From Diplonema japonicum (taxonomy: Eukaryota > Protista > Euglenozoa: Diplonemea), in the NCBI GenBank assembly GCA_964019335.1, contig OZ025654.1, positions 124,001 to 188,000 on the forward strand: a stretch of DNA of 64,000 nt, in the 5' to 3' direction. Under the pieces are notes generated by a model. That model saw only the letters and a program-made list of their open reading frames with translations. It did no database searches and was not told the origin of the DNA. A program made the translations under genes and the position numbers. Below are positions 42,856 through 54,409 of the stretch, in pieces. Position 1 is the first letter of the stretch. Each line of letters starts with the position of its first letter.

Positions 42856-43632
42856 TCCTCTTTTCCCCCTTTTTTTGGTTTGAAACAAGAAGAAAGAAAG
42901 GGGAAGAAGGAAGGGAAAAAAAAAAAAAAAAAAAGAAAGAAAAAAAAAGATCAAGTCATCTCAAAAGGGGGGAAGAAAAAAAAATGGGGAACCAGGAACA
43001 AACCAATGGGGGTAATAAGAAAACCGGTTTGAAAGAAATGGAGAAAGAAAGGGTGGGGGGGGGGGGTGGATTAAAATAACCCCCTTATTTTCTTTATTTT
43101 CTTTTTTCCTCCCATCCATAAGCGCACTAAAAGAAAGAGGAAGAAGAGAAGAAGAAAAAGACGGGAAAGCAAGGCAGAAAAGGCAGCCCTGACCTCTCTG
43201 CTATCAGATGTGTCATTGACAAAAAAGTTCTTCATCTTTCTCTTTTTTTTTCTTTCGCTCAGTGGTTGTTACCTTGTCTAAACAGCACAAGGAACCGTAA
43301 ATTCGTGTTTTGGGGGACTACATGGATTTTCTCTTTTTGGAGGGGATGGAATGTCAAAAGCTCATCTACAGACCTTACCACAAAACCCCCATTTTATTTT
43401 ACTATTTTCGTTTCCTTTCTGCTTGATTAACACAAATACTATATCAAAAAAAGAAAAAAAAACACAAAACAAAAAAGGAGGGGGGGGGGGGGGGGGACAC
43501 TGTTCACGGTAACAAAGAAACAAATCTTTTTCCACCGCCTTCAACCCACAACTTCTTTTCATGGTAACACTTTTTATACCTTATTGGGGACATCATAAAT
43601 GTGCAAAAAATGAAAAGAAAAAGAAAATGAAG

Positions 43633-43665
<33 letters not shown>

Positions 43666-43747
43666 CCTCAGAGCAGTGTCTGCGGAGGGGAAAAGAAATT
43701 CTTTTTCTTTCGGTGTACCGTGAACGATGGCTTTTTTTCTTCTTTAA

Positions 43748-45527
43748 CCCCTAAACGCCCGCGCGGACGTTTTTGTCCTTATTTCAAAATTTGCTTTTTC
43801 GCTAAGTACTTTTTTTTGAACACGGCCCCTGGACTTCAAAATATGGCATTGTTGCGCGGTTTATTTTGTCTTGGACTACATTTTGCGTTAAAAGTTTTGT
43901 TTTAATTGAAACCGGCAGGGTTGGCTTAAAATGAAATCAGATGGTCAAAATAGCAGCGAAAAACGTGAGTCTCCTCCGACTGGTCAGAAAAAGAAGAAAA
44001 AGACGATGAGGCGGTCAAAAAGAGGGGCCGGAAACGATGCTTGGGTGGGAGAAATACTCCCAAAGGCCCGAAACATATCATTTCCGTAAAAAGGTGGGCT
44101 TAGGACACCTCTAGGTGAAGCGGCCAATGAGGAAGGTGTTTTTAATCTTTTTTTTTACACACGCGGTACTTGAGCTCATAGTTTCTTCCACGAACGGTCG
44201 TTTCGGTTCAAAAAAACAGCGGAATCTGAATCTTTCCATCCCAGAGTACAAAATTTGGCTTGGGTTGGTCCTGTTAATGGGTTTAAGCTCGGCACCGAAC
44301 ATGAAGAGCTACTGGACAACAAATTCTAATTTAACCATCCCGGCTTTTGAGAAAATGAGCAAACCGATTCGTTGACATACAGCGCTACCTCACCTTTGAC
44401 AACCTGGAAAACATTTGGAAGGCCTGAAACTGCACCTCATGCGCAGGTTTCTTGACATCATTGTCAACCGGTGTAGGACTGTGCGGACCCCTGGCAAGTG
44501 GTTGTCTGTTGACGACAGTGTTATCCCGACAACAATAAAAGTCATGGCACCACGAAAAAGCAACTCGGTGGGCATCAAGGTAATCGCTACATGCGACTCA
44601 TAAAACTGTTACCTGGCGAATTTCAACATTTTCAGCAAGAAGTCCACAACACAGGACCTAGTCATGCGTACTGTCGACTCCTAAGGGTTTGCTGCCGACC
44701 CCTGACCTGCAAGACCAGCTCCAGGGGACTGGAGTTCGGCATATGAAAACCCGGAAGTGGACCATGGTCGTTTTTTATTGGGTCCTGGAAAGCTGTGTTG
44801 CCAACCCCTCCATAATCTGGAAGAAGAGCAGGGAATGTGGCAAAAATTATGGCTTCCCGAGCTTCAAAGAAGAACTTGTTGGCAAGCTTCTCACCCATGC
44901 CCCAAAAACCGATAGCACACACCCCCCGACAACACCGTCACCGACCCCCAAGCTCAAACACGCTAGCAATGAGGATTCCCTCACTCAGAAATACCCAAAA
45001 CGTCTCGATTTGACCCTAAATCACACCTCCGAGACCATGATGAACGGAACGAAGGTGAAGAGGGTGCTCTATGCTGTTCCTGGGTGCGGGAAGAAGGTGC
45101 AAACGTGGTGCCCCTGTTGCAAAACCCCCTTATGCAAAACGTGTTTTTTACCCTTGCATGCTACCCCAGCTGGAAAAAAAACTCACAAGTTGCTTTTTTC
45201 ATCCCACAGCCCCAAAAAGTCTCTAGACTGACCTCAATCCTAGAGTTCAGGGCACCAAATAGGGCTGAATGCTGCCCTTTTTAGCCCAGCCATAACTCCC
45301 CCACGACAAGACCCCCCAAAATCGGACATAAAAAGTACCCCCTCAACCCCCCTCTTACACACAAAGTTAAGTGTTCTCATCTGAATCTGGCACCTGGAAT
45401 TGAAAATTTTAGTACCGTTTACCCTTTCCTTGCACCTTCCTATGGTTGCATGCTGCCCTTTTTTTGAGTATTTAAAGCAACAACGAAAATGGGGGGGTAC
45501 CGTAGATAGGCTCCGGGCCTTTAGGGG
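43748..45527 (+). mobile_element. piggyBac-family DNA transposon relic (internally deleted, transposase pseudogene)
   Basis: TTAA-CCCCTAAACGCCCG ... CGGGCCTTTAGGGG-TTAT; fragments YKIWLGLVLLMGL, YW, PGKWLSVDDSVIP, PRK..SVGIK, DLQDQ, TRKWTMVVFYW, C-terminal Cys cluster CGKK..WCPCCKTPLCKTCF..H. Confidence 0.9.
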
Positions 45528-45631
45528 TTATAAACAAAAAAGAAATCCACAAAGGGCGGGAGGGAAACACACACTATGCAGGGGGGGGGGGGGGGGGCAC
45601 TAACCCAACCCAAATGTCAAAACACTCTCTT

Positions 45632-47416
45632 CTACCCTTGACTCGATCGTGCCGACCTGTACGCCAGGTAGCACACACCTCCTATCACAGCACCGATCAC
45701 AGAGGCAAAGGCGAACCCTATAGCGAAGGTCATCCCCTTGCCGTCTGAGAAGGGTGAAGCAACGTTGCATTTCACTCCAGTAGAGGTTGATGTCAGTTCG
45801 TAGCCTTCGATACAAGCAACGGCTTGGCACGCCCCTCCAAGGTACGCCGACGCTTCTGCACCGACAGAAAGGCAGCTGGTGAGGGTTGGCCCCACCCCTG
45901 CCCCTATCATGCTGAATCTCATGTCTTGAAAGTTTGATTCAAACTCATTCTCTTCCTGGACTTTCTTAGCGAGCTCCTGCATGGCCGACTCAAGCTCTAC
46001 CAACTTGGTGTTGGAGAGGGTATCGATCAATACACTGAAGAAATAACGTATCCTCCCGCTGTGGTCACGCCTGTAGTTCACCTCCACGTACCTGGACTTT
46101 ATATTCGCATCGGGTGCGCCGAGCTCGGCTTTCAGCATCGCTTCCAATTTCTTCTTGTGTTTGGTGTGGACTTCAAACCCTGTCAGGTTGAAGCCTTCGA
46201 ACAAGCCGTCCACTCGCACCTTGCTGTCCGATTTGAAGTACGTGGCAGCCTTGCTGTTTTCCACACAAACGTGCGCGACCTTTTCGTTTGTAGCAGGGTT
46301 GGAGTACCCTTCCGTGCAATGGCATTTCCCTGCAACACATTTTGCGTTCCCGTCCGCGCCGCAGTCCTTGTTGGCCGCACACCACAACCCATTGTCGCAA
46401 ACGTAATCGAATTTAAAACCCTTACCAACGGCAACTTGATTCGTCCGGAACGACACAGTGACAGGGCCTCGGGACGCATTCTTCGGTACCTTCTGCAGGG
46501 ACGGTGACACGGGCATACCCTGCACGCTCAACAAGTCCAGTTCTACTACGTCTATGGCGTTCCATTGAAAATGAACGGTCCCACACTGGAAGACCCATTG
46601 CGTGTACACGTTGTTATCGTAATTCTTGTTGTCGGCCTCGGGGTATGCTATGGTGCCTTCGTTGTTGGTGATGTATTCGGTGTGCGACGGCTTCTTTGGT
46701 ACGTCGCCGGCGGAGCAGACGTATGATGCAGCTACACTGTCGTAAGAGTCTTTGGGCCTTGCGAAGACTAGCCTCGCGGGTCCTGGGAAGAATCTAACCT
46801 TGCTTCGACGTGGCCTTTTAGTAGATGATATTGTCCGCTGGATTTTGTTCCATCCGTTTGCGTGGTACACAACAAAGTTGCTGGGGGAGACATCGGTGAT
46901 GTTGACACGGGTCGCTTGCAGTGCGATGGTGTAGTCGCAGTTGATAATCTGTTCTTGGTACATCACCTTGGTGTCGTCATTGCCCCAGGACACAACACCT
47001 TCGGACTTTTTGGGCATGACGTCTACGTCCTTCACGAAAGAATATTTGGTTTCACCACCACACCGGTACACGAGATGGAACCCAAAACTGTTAAAATTGT
47101 TGTCGTCTGGCTTGAAAATAAACTCCAAAGGCCCTCGCAAGCTTGACTCCAGCCAGTTTGGTCTTTTCAACCGCTTGACCCTGCCGGTGTTTGTTTGTTT
47201 CACCGACAGAACGTCATCGTTCTTATGCACGCCGTCGTAGAAAAGGTTGAGGGACACCAACCTGAAGTATACGTCCTTCTCGCAATCCACTTGCCAGTTC
47301 TGTTCGTCCTTGGTGTATAACTGGTTGTTTCCTGGGTAGATGATCGTCTGCAACTCCTGCTCCTCTGCGGAGAAGGCCACGCACATGATGAAACCGATCA
47401 TGCCGGTGATCGCCAT
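45632..47416 (-). CDS. Divergent paralog 4: three CUB-like domains, no stalk, EGF-like, SEA-like, TM
   Basis: IIYP/IAYP, GPVTVSFRTN..GKGFKFDYVC, LWCAANKDC..KCHCTEGYSNP, TYFKSDSKVRVDGLF are shared with paralogs 1-3. Confidence 0.87.
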   Translation of the reverse strand: MAITGMIGFIMCVAFSAEEQELQTIIYPGNNQLYTKDEQNWQVDCEKDVYFRLVSLNLFYDGVHKNDDVLSVKQTNTGRVKRLKRPNWLESSLRGPLEFIFKPDDNNFNSFGFHLVYRCGGETKYSFVKDVDVMPKKSEGVVSWGNDDTKVMYQEQIINCDYTIALQATRVNITDVSPSNFVVYHANGWNKIQRTISSTKRPRRSKVRFFPGPARLVFARPKDSYDSVAASYVCSAGDVPKKPSHTEYITNNEGTIAYPEADNKNYDNNVYTQWVFQCGTVHFQWNAIDVVELDLLSVQGMPVSPSLQKVPKNASRGPVTVSFRTNQVAVGKGFKFDYVCDNGLWCAANKDCGADGNAKCVAGKCHCTEGYSNPATNEKVAHVCVENSKAATYFKSDSKVRVDGLFEGFNLTGFEVHTKHKKKLEAMLKAELGAPDANIKSRYVEVNYRRDHSGRIRYFFSVLIDTLSNTKLVELESAMQELAKKVQEENEFESNFQDMRFSMIGAGVGPTLTSCLSVGAEASAYLGGACQAVACIEGYELTSTSTGVKCNVASPFSDGKGMTFAIGFAFASVIGAVIGGVCYLAYRSARSSQG

Positions 47417-48677
47417 TTATTATTATTTTTTATTTTCTTATCCCACACTCTGTTTTCTTTTCTTTTTTCCTCATATATGCGATTACTTCTTACTAATGCA
47501 AAAGGTTATGTTGTCATCCTCACAAAATGTTAACTGCGACGTGCGAAGAGGTCGCGTGTGGATGTGCCGGGTTTTGCTCGAGCAAAACAAGCCATCGCTA
47601 TCCTTGCCGAGGACGAGTGTCTGTGCGTGTGCGGGAGTGGGAAGGAACAGACAAAACAGGATCGAGCAGTGCTCTGAGCGGTGCTACCAAAGGTTTCATT
47701 AAGCGAAGTGCAACATTGATATGTCGGCACCCACTTGATCAGGCCGGACACCAATCAGGAATGTACCTTCAAGGTGACATGGGCTAGGCGTTAAAACAGC
47801 CGGCGTAGGACAAGAAAAGCATGGCGAATGGTAAGTTGGCACCCTATGTTCCTCCACTGGCTTCTGACTGAAGGAAAGGATAAAGGAGACCAGTGTTCCT
47901 TCACAAGTACTGTCTACTTGAATACTATGTCCTTTTTAAAAAAAAAAGAATAAAACCAAAAAAAAGGGGGATGTGCGCATGGGGAATCAAGAAAATCAAA
48001 AAGAAAAAAAAGGGGGGAGGGCAAAGTACTCAGAAAGGGGTAGAGAGAAGAGTTTGCAATAACAAACCTAAGAAGAAGAAAAAAAGAAAAAAAAAGAATC
48101 AAGGCAGCAACTATGGGCCCGACATTTTGAAGGGCCTCACGTCAAGACGAGGCAACGCCTGTTGTTGGGAAGTGCAATGGCTTGAGACCGTCGCAAATCT
48201 AGCATGAGGCGAATCGCGCCAACAAGAAACCTGGAAAAAAAAGAAAAAAGAGGGGGGGGGTGGCATTACTAAAAAAAAGCAAGTGTTTGGTGTTTTGAAG
48301 AGAATATAAAAAAAAAGAAGAACAAAAAAAAGCTCGATCTATTTTCTTTTTGCGGTGCGCACGCTGGCCAGTATTGTTCCTCACCGTTGACTGGGATCCT
48401 TCATGTGTCCTGGGGATGGGGGAAAAAAGAAAGAAGAAAAAAGAAAAATTGAGGCCGTGCAGCATGCACCACAGCGGTGCACCCCGAAGCCCCCCAATTT
48501 CCTTGTGGTCTTTTTGAAATAGGAAGAGGCCCCAGAAAATAAAAAGCAACACCACCACTGGAGAGTATGTGGTGGAGTGCGGGAGATTCTTGTCCGAAGA
48601 AATAATGGGATAAGGGACTCTCCGTTGAGGGCGACTAACCGGAAGAAAGAAGGGAAGAAAAAAAAAAGAGAAAAAAA

Positions 48678-48795
48678 GAGGAACTGGCCGTTGTTTGTAC
48701 GTGCCGGATACAACCTGGAGAAGTTTGTCAACCCGAAACACGTTGCCAAAAAAAAGTTCCCTTTATGTTTAGACAAGTCAAAGACTCGTTTTTGC
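48678..48795 (-). repeat. Best-preserved solo terminal repeat of the YR element
   Basis: Close match to 23917-24015 plus an extra GAGGAACTGGCCG; A-tracts on both sides. Confidence 0.88.
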
Positions 48796-49472
48796 AAAAA
48801 AAAAAAAAAAAAGAGAGACATTTGGAGAGAAAAAAAAACTATTTCGAGGTATGCGTTTTGCGTTCACCGGCCGAAAAAAAAAAGGGGGGGAATGGGGCTT
48901 TGATTGCAACACTAAGTGGCGTTAAGCGTGCAACGAAGCATGAACTGTCTACTTGATTACAGGGGGCGCACCTCGGCTGAGCTGTAGCTTCTGCGCTCCG
49001 TGTCGTGTCCTTAATGCGTAGGGTGTGCAACTCAACCCTAGCCGGGGCGTCCCAGGTAACCAAGATTCTGCGCTCGTGCGGTTTGCTGCCTGTTCATCAC
49101 CCTGAGCATCTGCAATATGTTTCCACTCGGGCGCCACCGGTGATGACCGACGAGGAGGTCAACAGCGAACAACACATCTGATGTACTTCTTATATTTCCA
49201 TGTTATCCACCACCTTAAAAAAGAGACATTTAAAAGGGGGAATCATAACTCTGCAGACGAAGAACGTAAAAAAAGGGGGGGGGGGAAGGAGGGGCGCACA
49301 AGGGCCCCCTCATAACCAGCACCAATATGAGCATCACGGATACGAAGAAAGTACACTACTGAAAAAGAAAAAAAGGGTGGAGAGGCCAGGGATAAAGAAA
49401 CTACGTTATTTGGTTTACTTTTCTTTTTCTTTCTTGTCGTTTTTTTTTTTTTTCTTTTTTTCTTTTTTAAAT

Positions 49473-52400
49473 TCATTTGAGCATGGCAACGAGTTCCTCA
49501 AAGGTAGGGCGTTTGTCTGCTTCACGTGCCCAACACTTCTTGAGAATAGTGACCGAGCGGTCGTCACCTGCGAAAGCCGGCTGCTTGAGATCTGGCCTCC
49601 AGAGGTTTGTTGCGACTGCCATCATCCAGTTATCACCAGGGACGCGAGGTTCCTCTCCAGTCAAGATGAAATAAAAGATCATAGCACATGAGTACACATC
49701 GGACTTCTCTGTGGCCGCACCGCCTGTCAGGATCTCCGGTGCGACGTAGCAAGGAGTTCCAGAGATACTTTTGCTCTCTGCACCAGCGTGCTTTGCCGAT
49801 CCAAAGTCAGCGATGACAGGCTCACCCTTGTCGATCAGGATGTTCCCCGGTTTCAGATCCCTGTGAACGATCCGCATGCTTGTCATGGCCTCCAGTCCCT
49901 TCACGAGGTTGTGCATCATCTTGTACTTGTCCTCGTGTGTGCTGAGCCTCCCCCTCTTGACGTACGTCTTCAGGTCCCCGTCTGGGTAGTACTTCATCAC
50001 GATGGCACGCATCTTCGGGACTATGCCGAGGACCTGCACGGTGCTCGGGACCCTCCTCGTCTCCATCGTCATCTTCACCTCACGGGCGTACTCTTCGAGG
50101 TCGTCCTTGCCATGCACCTTCACGGCAACATCGAAGCTTTTGTACATTGTTTTGTACACGTCACCGAACCCGCCACAGCCGAGCCTCTCCCATGTGCCTA
50201 TTGGTGGAAGCTCATTTTCTTTGAAGACCTGGTTTGTTTCTTTCAAGAGTTTGTAGGTTTCCTGGAAGTCTTGCGGTGCCTCAAAGGCGAAGGTCCTTGA
50301 GGTGTCCTGGGGAACGGTGGGGGTGGGTGTGACTGTGCCCGATTCACCCTTCAGCTTCATCAGCTCCGCCAGCAGCTTCAAGACCTCCTCGTTGTGCTCT
50401 TCGCTGTCGTCGCTTTTCCTGCTGGCAGCATCACCGTCCCCGTCTTCTGATTGCCCGCCGTCGTCGCTGCTTTCTTCGGTCATGCCGCTGGTGTTGTCAG
50501 CAGGTAACCGGCCCTCTAGCAGCATCTGGAGCATCCTCATCCTGTCTTCAACGCTGATTTCTCCTTCTTCTTTGTCACTGTCTTCTTTTTCTGTGTCGCT
50601 GTCTTTGTCGTCGTCTTTGCTGTTCTCTTGGTGGCCTTTCACGAGTTGCATGAGGGCCTGCAGCTTTTCGGTGTCTCCAGTTTCCACTGCTTCCTGCAGC
50701 AGCCCTTGCAACATTTCCGGGATGTTGCCTTCTTCTCCCTCGCTGCCGCTGCTGCTGTCGTTGTCGCTGCTGTCCGAGTCGTGGTTGGCCGTAACGTTAT
50801 CAATGTTTTCAAGGACCTCCGCGCTGTCCCCATCGGTGCACAGCGTGAGCCCGAACCTGTGCGTTCCGTTCACAGAGGTAGACTTGTCAACAGATTTCCC
50901 GTTCAGGTAAAAGGAGATTGCGCCTGACCCGCTCTCCACCTTAACAGAGAAGACGTCGCCAGACCTCACCTTCGTGGGAAGCTGTACTTTCCTTCCGAAC
51001 GAGAGTTCCGCCTTCGAACTGCCCTTCTGGACGATAAGGCCACAGGTCCCTGGCTGTTTTTCAAGAGATACTTCATGTCCCTTCACGAATTCTTTCCCGA
51101 AGACCCCGAACATAAGCTTTTTCTGCATTTCCACCTTGAAATGGATCATCCGGTCTTCATCGTCGTTCACGGGGTCTAGAAGCTCCTTCGTGATGAATGT
51201 CTGTATCGGGCCTTCGCGTGTCGTCTCCTTCCCGTTCTCAAAACCTGCCAGGTGGTACCCTTCTTCTTCGTCGTACTTCGCCTCCTCCAGAACAGGGCGT
51301 GGGTCATCCACCTTCACAATTGTTATGATGTCGCCCACCGTGCCAATGGACGCCCCGAACCTGTACTCCATGTCTTCTTTGAAGCCAAAGCCACCGCACA
51401 CATATACTTGGTTTATGTAAAAGGAAATATCCCCTTCGCGGACAGCGATCATCACCACGTCGCCTTCCTTCACGATCGGTCCCTCACCTTTGTCTTTGAC
51501 AGTCCTCCCGTTGTTAATGGGGTGCGCCTTCTTCTTATCCGAACAGCGTAGCGCAAGGGACCCGGCCTCTCCGATGTGGAAGTTGAAGCGCGACCCGCTC
51601 TGGATAGCACCGCACTCGACACCGAACCACATCTTTCCACCGGGTGACAACTTCGTCACCTCAAAGCCGCATATAACTGTCTTTCGGAGGGCCTCCTCGC
51701 AGAAGGCAGTGCACGGCTGCTCTGCAGTGCACGTCAGTGTCATCTTGTCTTCGCTTACCCTCATGCTGGGGAGCGTGTCGGAGAAGTGTATGCCTTCCTC
51801 TAGCTTGTATTCCAGCGACGGCATCTGACAAGGGTTGTCGCGGCTCACGATCGTCACAGCATCGCCAACCGTCCCTGCGGACGCACCGTACTTATAGGAC
51901 AGGCTTTCCTTGAAGCCGAAGCCACCGCAGACGTAATCTCTGTTTTTGAAAAAGGAGATCTCCCCATCCTGCACGACCACCGTCACCACATCGCCCTCCT
52001 GGATCCCGGAGTGAGTGCGTTTGTCCTTCACCTTCTTCGCGTTCTGCACGGTGTAGCATTCTTTACTCGTGCAGAGCAGCGCCAGTGAGCCGAGTTCTCC
52101 AAGGTTGTGGCTGTGGAACGAGCTTGTCACAGAGCCGCATTCAAGGCCGAACCACATTTTTCCCTCAGGCGACAGCTTCGTTACCTCAAAGCTGCACCAA
52201 GAGTCGCTCGTCAGGGTCTCGGCAATGAAGGGGCTGCAAGCTTTCTCTTCAACGCAGGTTAAGGTCTTCTTGTCGTCGCTCAGCTTCTTGCTGGGCAGCA
52301 AGTTCGTGAAGTGGAACCCTTCCTCCTGCTTGTACTCGAGCTCTGGCAATACAGACGGGCTTTCATAATGCACCAGTGTCACAATGTCGCCCACAGCCGA

Positions 52401-54299
52401 CATGGACACCCCGTACTTGTAGGGCTTGGACTCCTTGAAGCCGAAGCCACCGCAAACGTACTCTTGGTTCTTAAAGACAGAGACCCTGTCGTCCCTCACA
52501 CACACAGTCACCACGTCACCCTCTTTTAAAGGGCCGCACGTCCCGTTCTTCACCCTCTTCCCTGTGTTGATGGGGTAACACTCGTCGCTCGTGCAAAGCA
52601 GTGCCAGCGATCCCGTCTCACCAACGCTGCGTATTTCGAAGGTGGGGCTGATCGGCATGCTTTCAATGCCGAACCACATTTTTTCACCAGATGTCAGTTT
52701 TGTCACCTCAAAGCTGCACGAGGTGTCCCCCTTGAGGGTCTCCGCAACGTACACGCTGCAGGGCTGCTCGGGAGTGATACGAGTCACACTCTTCTTGCCT
52801 TCGTCCACCTTCATCGTGTTCTGCAGCAAGTCTGTGAAGTGAAAACCCTGCTCCGCAACGTAGTCTGTTGATAGCATCTGAGACGGGCAGCCCCCCCTCT
52901 CCACCAGCGTCACCATGTCACCCACCGTCTCCACAGACGCCCCGAACTTGAATGTTTGATCTTCTTTAAAAGAGAAGCCGCCACAGATAAAGGTCTTGTT
53001 TTTAAAGAAGGAGATCTCCCCTGACTTCACTGAGATCGTCACCACATCTCCATTCTCCAGAGGAGAGCAGTGGCCTCTCTCCGTGTCCCTCTTCGAGTTG
53101 TTGATGGCGTAGCACTCCTTCTCCGTGCACATCAGCGCCAGCGAGCCGACCATCCCGATGTTTCGCGAAACGAACCCTTTCCCGATCTTGCCTACCTCGA
53201 TACCGAACCACATCTTCCCGCTGGAGCTCGACAGCTTGGTCACCTCGAAGCTGCAGGAGGCGCTCCCCTTGAGGGTCTCCTCGAGGAACGCGGTGCAAGG
53301 GCTTTTAACAACGGGGGTTATCGTCTTCTTGCCGTCCCCTACCTTCATATTGGGAAGCATGTCCGTGAAGTGGAACCCCTTGTCGGGGACGTACCTGCGG
53401 TTCGGCATGTGAGACTTGTCCTTTGCTGCGCTGCGCATCTGGGCGTGCGCCTCGCGCTTCGCTGCACTTTCTGGGTCGGCTGAGATTCCCGACTCGCTGG
53501 CTACCACGTCGCAGAAGGGCCTGCCCCTGTATTGGTTCACAGTTCCGTTGTCCCACTGAACGCTCACCCAACCCTGGTCGTCGATCTTTTTCACCGTGCC
53601 AGCCTTGTACTCCCCGCCGTCCTGGTCGTTCCAGACCCATGTGGGGCCTCGAATCACCTTGGTCCCTTCCTTGACACCAGGTTCCAACCCACAGCAGAAC
53701 AAGCACAGGTCGTAGTCGTGCGCCCTGCACCCGAACACAGGTGCTCGGGCCCCGAATTCAGCCAGGCAGCTGTCGCACGAGACGCCACTGTTTTTTTCGA
53801 CAATGGCTCTTGTCAGGAAAGGCGTTAGGGTGCAGCCCTCGGGGCACACCCTCTCAAAGGTCTTCGCGAAGAGGTCGAAATCAAAGCGCATCGCGGCCCC
53901 GTTGATCTCCATTCGAACAGAGTCGTTTGTCATCCCGATAACCTTCCCACTCTTCCCGAGGTAGGGGACCATCACTGCTTTGAACCCCGACCGCATTTCA
54001 AAGGTGCGCTCGGTGTTGCCAGGGGACTCCACGACGTTGTCCTTAGAGATCTGTGCGGTGTAGGTGATCTTCTTCCACCTGTTCCATCTGGTGTCAGTGG
54101 AGTAGACGCGGACCTTTTCAGATGTGCTGCAGGAGACTGCCGTCAGAGGACCGGGGCACACCACCCACCACTGCCCGTCCTCGTCTTCGTAGACACCTGC
54201 GAATGGGGCTTCTTCGTCATCGAGGTCGACAATTGCACTGACACATGTCTCGTCCTCGCTGACGTCATTGAGGTCGACAGGAGTGTCATTGAGGTCCAT
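49473..54299 (-). CDS. Multidomain kinase: ZZ-like Zn finger, MIB/HERC2 domain, five SPRY-like repeats, acidic linker, TKL-like kinase
   Basis: ATG at 54299; CDSC..FGCRAHDYDLCLFC; VIRGPTWVWNDQDGG..GTV..VQWDNG..NQYR; GFHF-type repeat starts 525-534 bp apart; GCGGFG, VAVK, HRDLKPGN, DFG, APE. Confidence 0.9.
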   Translation of the reverse strand: MDLNDTPVDLNDVSEDETCVSAIVDLDDEEAPFAGVYEDEDGQWWVVCPGPLTAVSCSTSEKVRVYSTDTRWNRWKKITYTAQISKDNVVESPGNTERTFEMRSGFKAVMVPYLGKSGKVIGMTNDSVRMEINGAAMRFDFDLFAKTFERVCPEGCTLTPFLTRAIVEKNSGVSCDSCLAEFGARAPVFGCRAHDYDLCLFCCGLEPGVKEGTKVIRGPTWVWNDQDGGEYKAGTVKKIDDQGWVSVQWDNGTVNQYRGRPFCDVVASESGISADPESAAKREAHAQMRSAAKDKSHMPNRRYVPDKGFHFTDMLPNMKVGDGKKTITPVVKSPCTAFLEETLKGSASCSFEVTKLSSSSGKMWFGIEVGKIGKGFVSRNIGMVGSLALMCTEKECYAINNSKRDTERGHCSPLENGDVVTISVKSGEISFFKNKTFICGGFSFKEDQTFKFGASVETVGDMVTLVERGGCPSQMLSTDYVAEQGFHFTDLLQNTMKVDEGKKSVTRITPEQPCSVYVAETLKGDTSCSFEVTKLTSGEKMWFGIESMPISPTFEIRSVGETGSLALLCTSDECYPINTGKRVKNGTCGPLKEGDVVTVCVRDDRVSVFKNQEYVCGGFGFKESKPYKYGVSMSAVGDIVTLVHYESPSVLPELEYKQEEGFHFTNLLPSKKLSDDKKTLTCVEEKACSPFIAETLTSDSWCSFEVTKLSPEGKMWFGLECGSVTSSFHSHNLGELGSLALLCTSKECYTVQNAKKVKDKRTHSGIQEGDVVTVVVQDGEISFFKNRDYVCGGFGFKESLSYKYGASAGTVGDAVTIVSRDNPCQMPSLEYKLEEGIHFSDTLPSMRVSEDKMTLTCTAEQPCTAFCEEALRKTVICGFEVTKLSPGGKMWFGVECGAIQSGSRFNFHIGEAGSLALRCSDKKKAHPINNGRTVKDKGEGPIVKEGDVVMIAVREGDISFYINQVYVCGGFGFKEDMEYRFGASIGTVGDIITIVKVDDPRPVLEEAKYDEEEGYHLAGFENGKETTREGPIQTFITKELLDPVNDDEDRMIHFKVEMQKKLMFGVFGKEFVKGHEVSLEKQPGTCGLIVQKGSSKAELSFGRKVQLPTKVRSGDVFSVKVESGSGAISFYLNGKSVDKSTSVNGTHRFGLTLCTDGDSAEVLENIDNVTANHDSDSSDNDSSSGSEGEEGNIPEMLQGLLQEAVETGDTEKLQALMQLVKGHQENSKDDDKDSDTEKEDSDKEEGEISVEDRMRMLQMLLEGRLPADNTSGMTEESSDDGGQSEDGDGDAASRKSDDSEEHNEEVLKLLAELMKLKGESGTVTPTPTVPQDTSRTFAFEAPQDFQETYKLLKETNQVFKENELPPIGTWERLGCGGFGDVYKTMYKSFDVAVKVHGKDDLEEYAREVKMTMETRRVPSTVQVLGIVPKMRAIVMKYYPDGDLKTYVKRGRLSTHEDKYKMMHNLVKGLEAMTSMRIVHRDLKPGNILIDKGEPVIADFGSAKHAGAESKSISGTPCYVAPEILTGGAATEKSDVYSCAMIFYFILTGEEPRVPGDNWMMAVATNLWRPDLKQPAFAGDDRSVTILKKCWAREADKRPTFEELVAMLK

Positions 54300-54409
54300 G
54301 TTGTGAGTTTTGCGTGTTTTTTTTTCCTTTTTTTTCTTAACAAATAATTTTGAAGCTGAATGAAAATGAGAAGGTAATACCAATAAAATAATTTTTCCAA
54401 TGTCAATCA

